60,687 nt of DNA, from IMG/VR virus record IMGVR_UViG_3300044641_009778; one strand, written 5' to 3'. The notes beneath the pieces are model-generated. The model worked only from the letters and a program-made list of their open reading frames with translations, did not search any database and was not told the DNA's origin. Made by a program: the position numbers and the translations under genes. Source of the DNA: an uncultured virus (IMG/VR IMGVR_UViG_3300044641_009778). Lineage: Duplodnaviria > Heunggongvirae > Uroviricota > Caudoviricetes. Shown here piece by piece: positions 21,001-32,500 of this stretch; position 1 is the stretch's first letter; every line of letters starts with the position of its first letter.

Positions 21001-24000
21001 GTCGCCGATGCCACCTTTGCTGGCCACATAACGGAAGTTTTCTAAAGTAGCGCCGCTGCGACGACTCTGTCCGCTGGCTACTGTAGTGGGGTCTCCGATC
21101 ACAACATAATCACCGCTGCTTGAACCTCCGGCCACCGTAGTGCCCCAGCCAGCCACAGTACGTACTACTCCGAGTTTCGCACTCTTGTCAACAAAGTAGC
21201 TGACATTTTCCAACACATCGCCGCTGACACGCCGCGCCGGTACATTGGTGCCGATGAACAATCGATCGGTGTCGTTGGCATTCACCGTAGTGTTGCCGAA
21301 TACTGTACTAGTGTCCAGTCCTTGTTTAGCGCGTTTGAACAGGGTTAGGAACGGTCGTTCCAACAGCTCGGTAAAGTCCGGAGCACCATTCACACTCTGA
21401 CCATCGCCCATGCGACGCGTAATCAGGAACGATATGCGTTCCAAAGTGCTTTGTCGTTGGTCGATGCCGCTGCCGATGGCGACAAAGTCTTCGATGCCGC
21501 GACCCACAAAGATCAAACTATCAAAAAGGTCGAACACACCTACGGCATCGTTGTCGCGCGGAGCGATGGTGACCTGCACCGAACTTACTGCCAAGGCACC
21601 AAAACTGTCTATGGTTTTGCGAGTAATGGTGTAGCTAGTGCTGGCGCGAGCTATGGTGGTGAAGAAGAATGCTGCGGTTTCTAAGTCGCCGCTGAATCTT
21701 ACTTGCTGTGTTAAGTAACCTGCGCCTATGGTCTGTGTATCGCTGTAGCGATTAAAATTACTAAATCTGTTGCGATCGGCTACTTGAACACTATAGCGAC
21801 TGAATGGTGCGTTCCATCCACCTAAGTTACCAGGAAATCCGCCGTTGGCACCACCGCCGCGTTGGCCAACACCATCTGCACCAGGACCGTCGGGTCCGGC
21901 TGCGCCGCCGCCGGCGACGGCAGAGGTGGTTCCAGAAGAATCTATTTGTCCATTACCGCCGCCGAACACTACAACACCGATGCTGGAATCTACTCTACCA
22001 CCATCGCTCAGAGTGCCGGCGTCGGCCAACACACCTTGGCTGGTGTTGGTTGGTGCAGTATTGGTGGTTAAATTAATCCAAGTATTAATTTCATTGATAT
22101 CAATGTAGATGGTTTGACCAGAAGTAACTGCTATACCGGACGTGGCTGCATATGCCCCACCACCACCTGCGCTGGTCAATGAATTTCCAAAACCAAAAAC
22201 ACGCCCTCGACCGCCGGCACCATAGGCAGCCAGAGTTATGCTGGTTATTGTTTCAGTAACTGTCCAGGAAGTCTGACCCGAAGTAAAGAATACTATGGGC
22301 GAAGTATTGTTTGCAATAATTACAGCCAGACCAGTTCCGCCGGCTCGTGCGATGCCTGGCTCGCCGGGTCCACCGCCGCCGTAACCAACACCGCCGACAA
22401 GACCGCCACCACCGCCCGAAGGACCGTAGTATTCACCATTGTAGAAATACAGCGGTACCGAACTTGCCGCGACGGCGCCGGGTGATCCCACAAAGCCACC
22501 GCGTCCATAGGGTGAATCAACAGCGTCGATGTCGTTTTTATTGAAACCAGCGGTATAGCGGAAATTTTCCAAGGTAGTGCCGCTGCGACGACTTTGACCT
22601 GAAGCTACTGTAGTTGGATCGCCGATGACGATAAAATCGCGATCCAATGGACCACGACCGATGCTGGTACCCCAACCTGATATAGTAATGCTGGTGCTTT
22701 GTTTTGCGTCTTTGTTGAAATTAAATGCAATGACTTCACGTGGATCGGATCTACCCAAACGTGGTCCATTTAATCCTGGCGCGGTTCCTGTTGCATCAGT
22801 ACCACCGTTGGCTCCACCACCGCCACCTGCACCGGCATTGCCGCCGTTGCCAGCAGGACCAGCAGCACCGCCACCGGTTCCAGCAAATAAACTATGACCG
22901 CCGCGATGCACAACCGCACCAATACACAGCGAACTATCACCGCCATAGACCACCGATACGCCGGTGTTGTTTTGTCCGCTGGGTGCGCGCACACCATCAG
23001 AGCTAGTGGTTGGTTGGGTATTGGCGTTTAAATTGATCCAACTATATACTGCGGCCGAAGAACCAAATCCCTGGGTACCAGCGACGTTGATGTAGATTGT
23101 CTGGCCCGCAGTAACTGAAATGTTTCGCGTTCCGGCATAAGCCCCACCGCCACCACCATAGTTGCTGGATGGTCCTATAAACAATCCGCCGCCACCGCCG
23201 CCAATAACTTCGATGTTGATAGAACTAACACCGGCCGGTACAGTCCAGGTAGTTGGACCCGCTACGTTGAATACTATGTTGGTGGCACTGTTGGCCACAG
23301 TAATGACTGCGAGGCCAGTACTTCCAGTAAAGGTCGGCGATGCTGCACCAGCACCAGCCTGCAGCGGTATGGATCGAGGCGAACCAATCGAAGCACCGCC
23401 GGCTGGACCCCAAAATGTGCCCTGAGAATCTAAATATATCGGAGATATTGCAGCGTCGTTGTTATTGGATGCTCCGCCGCCGCTGAGAAAACCACCGGGA
23501 CGCACTATGTCAGTAAAACCATCGCGCACTCCGCGTATAGCGTTAAAGCTGCGAGCAAAGAAGTCCGGCTGAGTAAAATCATCGGTCTTGAGCATGATGG
23601 TCTGATACACCAGGCCATCAAATACACCGGTGAGATCCAGCATAGGCACGTTGTCGGCCAACACTTTGTCGAGGAACAGCTCACGCCGTACATCATCCAT
23701 TGTTACATCGCTGAATTTACCGAAATTTGGTAACAGGTCAGCGTCTTCGGTGATGGTGATGAAATTGTCCTGCTGCGGTATAAACTGAGATTGACCAAAA
23801 CTAATCAGTTCATTGATCAATGCAGCATCAAATAAACTTTTGCTACTCTGCAGCGACTTTTTATCAAACAGATAGACCTGACGCACTGGTGTCTGACTAG
23901 GATCTACCACATCATTGATGCGCACCACATCGGCCAGCGACATGCGTTGATTGTTGTTTACCCCGCCCGTAGAAAAAGCCCGCAGTATGGCATACTGGTC

Positions 24001-25980
24001 AAAGCCCGGATTGCTGTAATTAAACTGCGATATTCTCCAGGTAACACTGCTTTGATCTGCCAACGATATCGCCACACTGGTGGTTAAGGTGACGCTGGTG
24101 CCCACGGTGCTACCCCAATCCGCAGCACCGGCCCAGAGTGTGGCAGCTGTAGTGAAGGCTGCACCGTTGACGCTGTACATCAACACCAGGTCTTCACCAT
24201 TGTCGGGTTGCTCCAAACCATTGCTGCGGTTGGGCACACCACCGAGGAATTCTGTGGTGAATACATAGCTCCAGCTGCTGTCAACCAAGGTATTGCTTAC
24301 CGTAGGTGCAAAGGTTATCTGTCGTTCGCCACCAAACCCAGTAAACACCAGACGACCACCCTGGCTCGCAGCATTGTCGGCAATGTCTTCGGTGGAAATT
24401 GCAACATTGGTGCGACTGGTGATGACATCGGTCAACAATCGGAAGCCGGCATACACCGGAGCATCAAATGCCGCATACAGCGGCGGCTCGGGTCGATCCG
24501 GACTAATGAGTTCAGTTAGCAGCTTGGTGGCATCGTATCGATTTTGCGATGCCATGCCAAACACATCACCACGCAGTTTTATAAACAAATTCGATGCTGC
24601 ATCCGCTGGTGTGGTTAATGTGTCCCGCAGAGCAAATCCAAAACGCGTAGCAAAAACATCACTCAAAGAAAGTTCATGTTGTTTCGACACCGCCACCGAC
24701 AGGCTGCGTGTATCCTGAGTTTGCACGCTGTGCGCTCTTGGTTTGCTTATGGTGAGTGCGTTGACATCCGGTGTTGCCAGCGCATCCTGTCTGCGCATGC
24801 GCAGTACAAAGTTTTCAATGTCGGCAAAATCCAGCACATCATTGATGCCTCGACCAATGCTACGAACAGCGGCATCCTGTGTAGTCAAATCCGCACTCAG
24901 CACTGGTCGAGACAGAGCTTTGAAGATGCGTTGATCTATGATCTGTGAGTCTGCAAACCCATCGCGCTCACCGCGTATGACATTGAATGTGCGAGCCAAC
25001 ACATCGGTGACCGCATAGGCGTCACGCAGACTGTAGGTCATGGTATAGGTTAGACCATCAAAGGCTCGGAACAGATCAGTCAGTCCTTGATCGTCGCGTA
25101 TGCCTTTGCCAATGAAAAAACCCAGGCGATTATCGGTGATGGTGACGAGTTCAAACTTTCTAGGCTCGGGCTGCAGCGACGGCAGATCAGTGACAGTATT
25201 GTTGTCCAGCAGTGGACGTTGCAGCAGCAGTGCGCGTTGATCGCTGGCCGTGGCCAGGTCCTGCGACAGCTTGGTTATGCTGAAAGTTTTAACTGAGTCA
25301 ATGGATATGCTGTGACGTTTGTCTAGTCCAGCCAACCATGCCAATTTGGCGTCGGCCACTGCACCGTCGAACAGATTGCGAAGATTGGCAAACTCCAAGC
25401 GATCGTCAACCTGAGTTTGATCCTGCGAACTGCGTGCAATGGTGAATTGAGTTTGATCGGCAAAGTCAATGCTGTGCGACTTAAATGCCGCAATATCGAA
25501 CCGTTGACGGTCCAACAAATTCACTACGTCGGATTGATACTTGTCAAAGAACAACTGCAGTTCTTGGCCAATGATGATTTGATCATCTGCAGAACGATTG
25601 GCCAGCAGTATCAAGGAAACCAGGTCATCAACGGCCGCTACAGCATCCGCAAAATTTCTCTGCGGAGCATATTGGAGAAACAAATCGGTCACATCGAGCA
25701 GCGCTGTTCCATCCACCAATTGTTTTACGGTGGTGATGCCCAGCAGATCCAGCAGGGTGACAACATCGCGATAGTTGTTGAGATAACGATCAATGAAGCT
25801 GATGCCCGCTACTGGTTGTGCGGTGCGCCCGGCCGCTTTGATGATGCTGGTTTCGGTTACCTCGGCCGCCGTAACGCGATTCTGCGATACTGTGGCACGA
25901 TGTACAAAGGTAGTAGGCGTGCGAAGATCGGCCAGGGTTACCAGGCCGGAGGTGACATTGGTTATTTTGCGAATTGTCAC
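18073..25980 (-). CDS. Giant modular glycine-rich tail fibre-like protein (2635 aa)
   Basis: Uninterrupted ORF. N-terminal Asp-rich repeat shaft, four Gly-rich domains and duplicated linker modules. Confidence 0.75.
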   Translation of the reverse strand: MTIRKITNVTSGLVTLADLRTPTTFVHRATVSQNRVTAAEVTETSIIKAAGRTAQPVAGISFIDRYLNNYRDVVTLLDLLGITTVKQLVDGTALLDVTDLFLQYAPQRNFADAVAAVDDLVSLILLANRSADDQIIIGQELQLFFDKYQSDVVNLLDRQRFDIAAFKSHSIDFADQTQFTIARSSQDQTQVDDRLEFANLRNLFDGAVADAKLAWLAGLDKRHSISIDSVKTFSITKLSQDLATASDQRALLLQRPLLDNNTVTDLPSLQPEPRKFELVTITDNRLGFFIGKGIRDDQGLTDLFRAFDGLTYTMTYSLRDAYAVTDVLARTFNVIRGERDGFADSQIIDQRIFKALSRPVLSADLTTQDAAVRSIGRGINDVLDFADIENFVLRMRRQDALATPDVNALTISKPRAHSVQTQDTRSLSVAVSKQHELSLSDVFATRFGFALRDTLTTPADAASNLFIKLRGDVFGMASQNRYDATKLLTELISPDRPEPPLYAAFDAPVYAGFRLLTDVITSRTNVAISTEDIADNAASQGGRLVFTGFGGERQITFAPTVSNTLVDSSWSYVFTTEFLGGVPNRSNGLEQPDNGEDLVLMYSVNGAAFTTAATLWAGAADWGSTVGTSVTLTTSVAISLADQSSVTWRISQFNYSNPGFDQYAILRAFSTGGVNNNQRMSLADVVRINDVVDPSQTPVRQVYLFDKKSLQSSKSLFDAALINELISFGQSQFIPQQDNFITITEDADLLPNFGKFSDVTMDDVRRELFLDKVLADNVPMLDLTGVFDGLVYQTIMLKTDDFTQPDFFARSFNAIRGVRDGFTDIVRPGGFLSGGGASNNNDAAISPIYLDSQGTFWGPAGGASIGSPRSIPLQAGAGAASPTFTGSTGLAVITVANSATNIVFNVAGPTTWTVPAGVSSINIEVIGGGGGGLFIGPSSNYGGGGGAYAGTRNISVTAGQTIYINVAGTQGFGSSAAVYSWINLNANTQPTTSSDGVRAPSGQNNTGVSVVYGGDSSLCIGAVVHRGGHSLFAGTGGGAAGPAGNGGNAGAGGGGGANGGTDATGTAPGLNGPRLGRSDPREVIAFNFNKDAKQSTSITISGWGTSIGRGPLDRDFIVIGDPTTVASGQSRRSGTTLENFRYTAGFNKNDIDAVDSPYGRGGFVGSPGAVAASSVPLYFYNGEYYGPSGGGGGLVGGVGYGGGGPGEPGIARAGGTGLAVIIANNTSPIVFFTSGQTSWTVTETITSITLAAYGAGGRGRVFGFGNSLTSAGGGGAYAATSGIAVTSGQTIYIDINEINTWINLTTNTAPTNTSQGVLADAGTLSDGGRVDSSIGVVVFGGGNGQIDSSGTTSAVAGGGAAGPDGPGADGVGQRGGGANGGFPGNLGGWNAPFSRYSVQVADRNRFSNFNRYSDTQTIGAGYLTQQVRFSGDLETAAFFFTTIARASTSYTITRKTIDSFGALAVSSVQVTIAPRDNDAVGVFDLFDSLIFVGRGIEDFVAIGSGIDQRQSTLERISFLITRRMGDGQSVNGAPDFTELLERPFLTLFKRAKQGLDTSTVFGNTTVNANDTDRLFIGTNVPARRVSGDVLENVSYFVDKSAKLGVVRTVAGWGTTVAGGSSSGDYVVIGDPTTVASGQSRRSGATLENFRYVASKGGIGDTLQSGRTTTSIVFTSVGTNNWTAPAGAVSVDVTCIGGGGGGGTNGGGGGGGGGLGWKNGIAITPGATYTVVVGAAGQKNAGSGVVNGGDSYFISSTLVKGGGGATAAYGFPGPANGGAGGDYVGDGGGNGGAGGNGRTTYFGGGGGGAGGRDGAGGAGGAADTYPNTDTATDGAAGSGGGGGGGGGGSYANNTTGTGGGGGGGVGFFGLDSGVGGARAVTTSSASPGGGGGGSSGTNGAGDPSHSGGVYGGGGGGGSGSSPNVNAGDAGQGAVLITVVIDRENVRKTVTQRKTDTQVVGAGYLTQPLRFSGDLETAAFTFNLPAKASTSYTITRKTVEGLTDAQSSVLVTVAPQQLDQLGVFDFYVANFSTVRNFPEAVAIGSGLGQRQSTLERVSFLITKFLGDDAAIAIDLANVFDGLVYTGTLLTRDLQVIGSGATAANNRFLGSNEIVNFDFTKSAKRSTSITVTGWGTSITGTAAGTDFIVIGDPTALPVTSTGQSRRSGATLENLRYQVNIDLKTRTSSIFVSGRGGLIAGDATGVGDLVPLYFYNNEFFGPRGGGRSYNTRAVGGGGHYTGASGGTDDGSTGLVVIYVNDVTPIVFFNAGATSWTATAGVTSISLHAYGGGAGGHRDTLLPPNTYTGGGGGAFAATSSIAVTSGQTIYVFVGNKGVNTQGGGGSGGTSGSSWANIVSNSIPANTSEGVLAAGVAGSPLSQRVLGGSAASSIGVVRFSGGNAVSSQTSTVTCGGGGAAGPDGPGANGTFVRNGGANGGLSGDDGGWNGPLISNRTFNNTAVQIFDADRRSVNYRRPLEESQAVLEELNRTLRGRRTFDDALVMQEAIGVSRLLPRFFDDTFGETDPFGYFVSLLDRGTVRMTSYADIEYFAEDYIGESRILGNFYRPPIKRDIDDLLLITDSTVVIPGRVIGFTETMGDLDPLNNINTLISRGTLRITNYVADIDYFEFDYVGESRIIS
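18171..18178 (-). promoter_or_regulatory. Possible late promoter TATAAATA for the 183-aa gene
   Basis: Exact consensus ~117 nt upstream of the ATG at 18054, but inside coding sequence. Confidence 0.45.
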
Positions 25981-25984
25981 GGTG

Positions 25985-26323
25985 CTACCTTGTGACGCCG
26001 GGCATGACAGTCACAATACCTTCGGCTGCTCGAGTTTTTATGCCCGTAGAAGTGTCGGTAATTACGATGTCATACACATACCTCCCGGCGCGCAACAGCG
26101 CGGTAGTAGTGTCGGCTAGGCTCAGTGTTAATTCGCCGTTGGTGGGATTGGGTGATGTAATGGTGAATGCTGCGGAAGTGCTTTGCGATTCATAGCTTCG
26201 GCGAATCTGACCACTGAATCCATATCCCGTTAGATTCAATGCGTCGGTGTTGCTGCTATAAAGTTTTATGGTGGCTTCGAAATCCGCGCCTTGATCAACG
26301 CTTAAATTAATTGTTATGGCCAT
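25985..26323 (-). CDS. Small Ig-like virion structural protein
   Basis: INLSVDQGADF...LTGY...QIRRSY...LSLADTTTALLRAGRYVYDIVI...EGIVTVMPGVTR, a pattern I recognise from T4-like phage structural regions. Confidence 0.7.
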   Translation of the reverse strand: MAITINLSVDQGADFEATIKLYSSNTDALNLTGYGFSGQIRRSYESQSTSAAFTITSPNPTNGELTLSLADTTTALLRAGRYVYDIVITDTSTGIKTRAAEGIVTVMPGVTR

Positions 26324-26549
26324 GTTGATGTCCCAGCAATTGTTGCAACAGATGCTTTATTTCCGATAGATCGGTCTCGAAGTTATTTATCTTATTTTCC
26401 AGATGGTCCAATCTTTGTTGTTGCTGCTGTCGCCGGTTCTTAGATTGTACATAATTTTCATAGGCATCGACATTGACATCTACAATGGCATTGGTGCGAG
26501 GATCACGACGTAAATTTTCGTGATCCTCGACTCGTATCAAATTATGCAT
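26307..26549 (-). CDS. Conserved hypothetical coiled-coil protein
   Basis: RVEDHENLRRDPRTNAIV followed by a heptad region; start overlaps the upstream stop. Confidence 0.7.
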   Translation of the reverse strand: MHNLIRVEDHENLRRDPRTNAIVDVNVDAYENYVQSKNRRQQQQQRLDHLENKINNFETDLSEIKHLLQQLLGHQHGHNN

Positions 26550-29500
26550 GAGCAATTACTCGAAGATTTTTAAACTGCGGAACACGTCCACCATTGGTGG
26601 TGCGCATTACAATCTTAACCTGGAATGCCGTAAAGCTCGGTAAATCACGCGGGTTGCCCAAACTATCAAAATCCGTAATGTCTACGGTAAATTCCGTAAA
26701 GTCATTGCGCTTGGTAGTTTTATTGATGGTGGGTAACTGGTTGAATTTAGTCCAGGGGCGCAGAGTGAAGTCCGCAGTAGCCGGTCCGGTCTTGTAATAG
26801 ATATCAAAATCAGCTTCGTGCGGTATCGAGCCCTGGAAAATCATCTTCAACTGGCTGGCCGGATTGGTGAGATTGATTTTCTTACTGCAGTATTTGTTCT
26901 GCACCGATCCAAAACTCGTACCAATTTCATCAACATAGTTAGACAATTGAGTCACAGTAATGTTGAATCCAGACTGAACATTGATGACATTGCCGCTGAG
27001 GAACGCCGTACCGCCGTCGGCACTTATGCCAGTCACCAGGTAACCCGTACTGCTGTTCATGTTATAGCCACTGACCACATCACCGGTAGTTACAATATAA
27101 CTACCCGGCACCAGCGCACTGAAGGTGCCTGCGGTTGCCGATATGCTGCTGGTCACAGAATCAAAACTAATCGCAGTATTATTGGCAGTTATGACCTGTT
27201 TGATCAACACCGGTGCTGAACTGGAATTCAACGCCGGCAGTGTTGAACCTCCGTTATATAATCGTGACACTGCCGTAGGATTATTGACATTGTGTGTGAT
27301 GGTGCGTACATACAACGTGCTTAGATCGATTACTGGACTCACTTGATCTGACGTACTGTTCAACGTAAACTTACCTACATAGCTGTGCTGCCAGGTTTCG
27401 CCGTTGGTATAGGTACGCGATGCTGGATGCTTCAGAGCTTCATTAATGGGGTTCAATATAACCTTGGGTTCGTCGAAAACCGTAGCTACATTGATGTTAC
27501 CACCGTCGTTTTTCACACTATAGTCTGTGCTGTTATTATCAAAGTCATAGGTTATACCCTTCACAGTATCTACGTCAAACGATAATGATGTTTCCTGAAA
27601 GTTCATGACCTTGGCACCTGGCACAGCTACATGATACTGTAGATTGCCATAGCCAATGACATCATTGCCACCGGTGGCGCGTTGTGGCGGAATACTCACC
27701 GATCCCACTCCCAGGTCAGCTACAGTATCCACAAGGTCAATTACATAGCTGTTCAGGGTTACTTCACTGACTTGGAATCGCGCTACGGTATCGTCGTAAT
27801 ACACTTGATCGCGTTCCAGGGTGTTGCCAAAAATCTTGGAAATTTCTACGTTAACACCAGGGAATGTTGCAGTGGTGTTCAATGCAATTGCATTTTGATA
27901 TTGAGTTCTCCAATATTCACTGCCGAATCGTACGAAGTCTCCGTTGCGCAGCCCGTGATTAGGATGCGCTACTCTGACCAAGGTACTGCTGTGAGTAAAC
28001 AAGAAAGGATCTGTGGCCAAATTCTGACCCGGCAAAGGTTCATTGACTACATAGGCTGTGGCTGGGGTGCCAGCATTGAATACAGCGCGATTGACTCTAA
28101 ATTTAAGATCGCTGAACTGATCTTCGGTCCACAACGATCCGTCCTGTGATTTGAACAGGCTACCAAACAAAGTTTGGAAATTGTGCATCTTGTTGGGTTC
28201 GTTGATGTCAAATCCACCGAGAGTGGCGATCCAGACCTTATAATAAACGCTGTCGGATTTCAAACACACCGCATAATATTGATCCGGCAACAGATATACT
28301 GGAATTTCAAAAGTAAATTTAGTAGCTATACGTCCCGATGCATCCACCGTAATTTCTTCGGGATATTTGGTTACTACCGATCCAGGTATAATGTCGCTAC
28401 CGCTGGGACGACCAGTTAAATCGCAGGGGCGAATTTCCAGACGTATAGGCGCACGTTCAGCTTCGGGTTTCTGTGCAAAGAAAATATCCACGTCAGTGAT
28501 GAATGCACCGCTGCCAAAATTATCCGGTAGTTTAAAGCTCTGTGCGATTGGATCATAGGGCACGGCTCGGAAAGTCTTGGTAGAATGGAAACTGTTGGTG
28601 GTGGTAACAGTAAACCCTTCCACAGTATATGTTCCAGTAGCGCGGCTATCCCAGTTGTCCGCAGTATTTGACGAATCATCTACGATCACAATGGGTTTAC
28701 GACCGGTAATAAATCGAGCACCATCTTGATCCGGCAAATCCATCAATATAATTAGATTGCCTTTGTCATCGCTGAAGAACGTTCCAGCTGTGCTGTCGGT
28801 GCAGACATTGGCTGGAGTAATAGACGTTGGATTGCTCAGGGTACGAAGATTGTCGGTACTTACACCAACTCGGAAGGTCGCACCGCTGTAGTTGTAACCT
28901 GCGCCGCCGTTGGTGGTGGCGTTGGCTCGAATAAATTTAGCGCTGAGTTTGCCACGTCCGTTGACGATGTACGCAGTTGCACCTTCTTGATGCACAATGA
29001 TGCCACTACCAACTTCGGTTATCACGCCATTAACAGTTTCGTACATCAAAACCACTGCACCGCGACTCAAGGCCTTGCGATTCTGATCGCGGAAAGTAGT
29101 GCTGGGCATGCGATCGTCGTAGTCTGTGGGATAGTGAGTGCGACGCGAACCGCTGACGGTATAACTCTCAGCACCACTGCGCCAACGAGCATAACCACCC
29201 CATTCGCCCGCAGTACCGGCATTGGGGCGACTAGTAGTAACATCCAGTGTTTCAAGCGCGGTAAACGTCATTTTAACCGCGCCCTGGCAGTAATCACCGA
29301 CATCAAAATCATCGAAGAAAACATAGTGCTCGGCTCGAGGCTTCATGCCCTTCATTTTGAATACAATGGTCTGAGCTCGGCAGAACGGGATGAGTTCACT
29401 GACTGTTTCGCTTCTCAACAATGTATTGGTTATGGTTTCTTCGATGCGATATGGACGCCAGTCGCCAGTGGCGCGATAGTTGTTGATGGCCTGTTGTTGT

Positions 29501-32500
29501 GTGACCGCAGTATTTTCACTGACAATGTTGTTGATGGTTACTGGATTAACATAGATGTCGCTGTCTGGACTAATATCGATGGTCTGCTGGAACAACAGTT
29601 TCAAGAACGGTGTTACCGAAAGCGATGTTGTAGCCAGAAGTTGTTGCACCACTGGAGTAGTGCTATAATCCAAGGTCAATAAATCCCCAGTAACACGATA
29701 GCGCGAGCCCGCACCGGAACGTACTCCGTTGATTGCTGCTATTTCTCCGGTAGTGCTGGTTGGCGAAATAGCGCTAATTTTTTCGCGAAGAACAAACCCG
29801 TCGTCGGTAATGTGCGGATACAGAACCTGATTTTGGAAGTCTACGCTGAATGTTGAACCACTTTGAAAATCTGCGTTGGAAGTATCGCCGAAATTGTCAA
29901 CAAAGAAACCGGTCTTATACCGCTCCAAGGTAGGATCGTTATTGTCACGAATTTGCAGACTGCTGGCATTGGTTTCCAACAGACTTAGCGCAGTAGTAAT
30001 TTCGAGATTTTCCAGACGTTTGTCAATGCCGCCGATGTCCTTCATGGTGTAGCGACGATTATCGATTTTTTTAGTAGTGATCGATGGCCAGCCGGCAGTA
30101 CGTGTATAGGGTTCTAGAGTAAGATCATAGAGCTGCACACAATTTTCATTGTTGTATTCCGGCGTAGCAGGATTCAATGAACTAGCCGATGCCACGGTAT
30201 AGAACGTGCCGTTTTGATCCAACAATACTTTGTTTTTACGGCCCAGATAATAGGTTATATTGGTCAAAAATCCTGTGCCAAATCGCGGTGGTTCAAAATC
30301 AGCGGAATCCACACTTGGGCGGAAATCCAAACAATCTTTTAAATTAACGCCATTGAAGGTTGGAGCTTGTTCATATGGCACAAAGTCATTGTCATAGCTG
30401 TTGTAGGCAAAGTAGTCGCCCGCACTATGACTGAAGTAATCGTAGAATACTCGCACACTGCCGGTGGGCACTGGACGACCAGACTTCAATTTTAATGAGC
30501 TGTAGTCATAGTAGGCCGATCGTTGTCCATTGTCAAAATCATAGTTTTCAGTGATGTCCTGCACATCGGCCGCAGTATAGGTTGCGGGCCAAGACGCTTG
30601 AAAACTGCTAAGCATCAGTACTTTATTGAGACGATACACATCGGTGTTGTTGAGCGTGAGCGTAGATCGCTGTGCGGTTGAACTGGTTAAGAAGGTTGTG
30701 TTGGCATCCAACACCAGAGTTTTGGTGCGTCGGCCGCCGACCAATTCTGCGTTGGGATCGTTGGCGGTTCTTCGCACTGGATATAATAAGGTATAGTTAC
30801 CGGCACTGACTAGATTTTCTGCGAGATTCACAGTAACTACACCACCACCGCCGGCGGTCACGCTAACTACTCGTATTGGGTTGGCCAAATTAGCTTCATT
30901 GCGGCGCGCCAATAGGAAGTAATTGGGATCGTTGGTGGCCAGTTGGTCTGTATTATTGCCGCTGGTACCGGCCGACAATGTAAACGTAAAGGAACTTGTT
31001 CCAGCGGCCGCAGTAAATAGTACAGTGGTATATACTTCATATACATTGTTACGCATGCTCCGCACAGCGTCGGCTGCTCGATATACTAAACTATCGTTGT
31101 CGGGATCAATAATACTGTTGTTGATGCGAATAATGGGATACTGTGCAGTAGTGCTGCCCACAGTTGTGCTATCTGGGCGAATCGCAAATCCTACGCTGTT
31201 GCTGCTGATATAGGTCAACACCATGCGTTGGTCATTGATGCTGATGAGATCACCGGCTCGAGCTTCTAAACTTAAACGCGCATCTGTGGTGCCAGTGAGT
31301 CTGATGGCAGCGTGTGCTGGTATGGTGGTGGCGTTGCCGGTAAAATCTGTGATGGTGAACAAACCAGTAAGTCGTTTTGCATTGATACCGAGCGCATAAT
31401 TTGAATATACTTCGGTGGCAAATTTCGCTGTTTGTCCTTGATACAGAATATCGGGCTGTAAAAGACCGCTGCCTACCACCGTGCTGTTGGCTGACCCCAC
31501 ACCAATCACACCAATGGTTGCCGTAGTAATCACACTGGTGAGGAGCATGCGCGTATCACTTAATATTTGTGTTACTGTGCCGGTGTTGTTGGCGCCGATG
31601 CGCACTGTATCGCCGGTGCGCAGTTCACTTAAAAATTTGGTCTGCAATCCGCCAGGAGTAGATACACCCACCACAGTCTGCGGAGGTACAACAACAAACA
31701 TCGACGCAGCAGTAGCAATCATGGATGTTATGCTGCTGCCTACCACTGTCATGAGGGTTGGGCTGTTGATGGTCAGCACAGTATATCGATTGGCATTGCT
31801 GGTTGAATTAAATGTAACAACGTCGCCTACGTTCAATCCAGAAAAATTGGCATTTGCGCCCAGGGTACCGCTGGATACACTAATTATTGTACCTGCGGGC
31901 AATGTAACACCGGCGGTAGCTCCGCCGCTGTGATTTATTGCGCCAGGATATTGACACAATACGTTGCTGCCTCCGATGGTTCCGCCAACATATTTTGCGG
32001 CGCCGCTGAGATTATAGACCGAAGTACGCACAGCCGGAGTATCGTCAAACTGCACAATACCATCTACATCGCGATCGAATATTCGACCCGGATCCATGCG
32101 AACATCGTACAAACCAAGTTTTAATCCTCCGCTGGCATCATAGTCCATGAACTTGATGCGTCCCTGACCTACGCGTCGACCATAACCAAATCTGTATTGA
32201 TTGCTGAGATCAAATATCGGACGATCAAACATATAAACCAAACCACCGGTTTTAGTGTCGGGCAATCCATAGGTACGTGTGCGATCAACGTAGATGTAGT
32301 TGCCTTCCGGAGTTTGCAGTGTAATATTATTGCTGCTGGCTGTGGCTCGAGCCTTGGGTAGAGTGACAAAGCTATTGACCTCATTGTCAATTTCATAGCC
32401 TTTGACATAGGCTTTGCCGGGCCCAAAACTAAGCACTACATCACTGGAGCTGGCCAGAGCCTGAATGCTGGCATTGGTTGAACCTGGGTCATAGAGTCCG

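Noticed and set aside
19470..22630. Repeats in the giant fibre as DGR template/variable repeats or a CRISPR array
   Set aside because: The repeats are in-frame coding modules with mostly synonymous differences. No reverse transcriptase or regular repeat-spacer pattern is visible in the window.
18371..23425. Many Pro/Arg-rich plus-strand ORFs (also at 39729-41366)
   Set aside because: Antisense shadows of GGC/GGT glycine codon runs in the real minus-strand genes.
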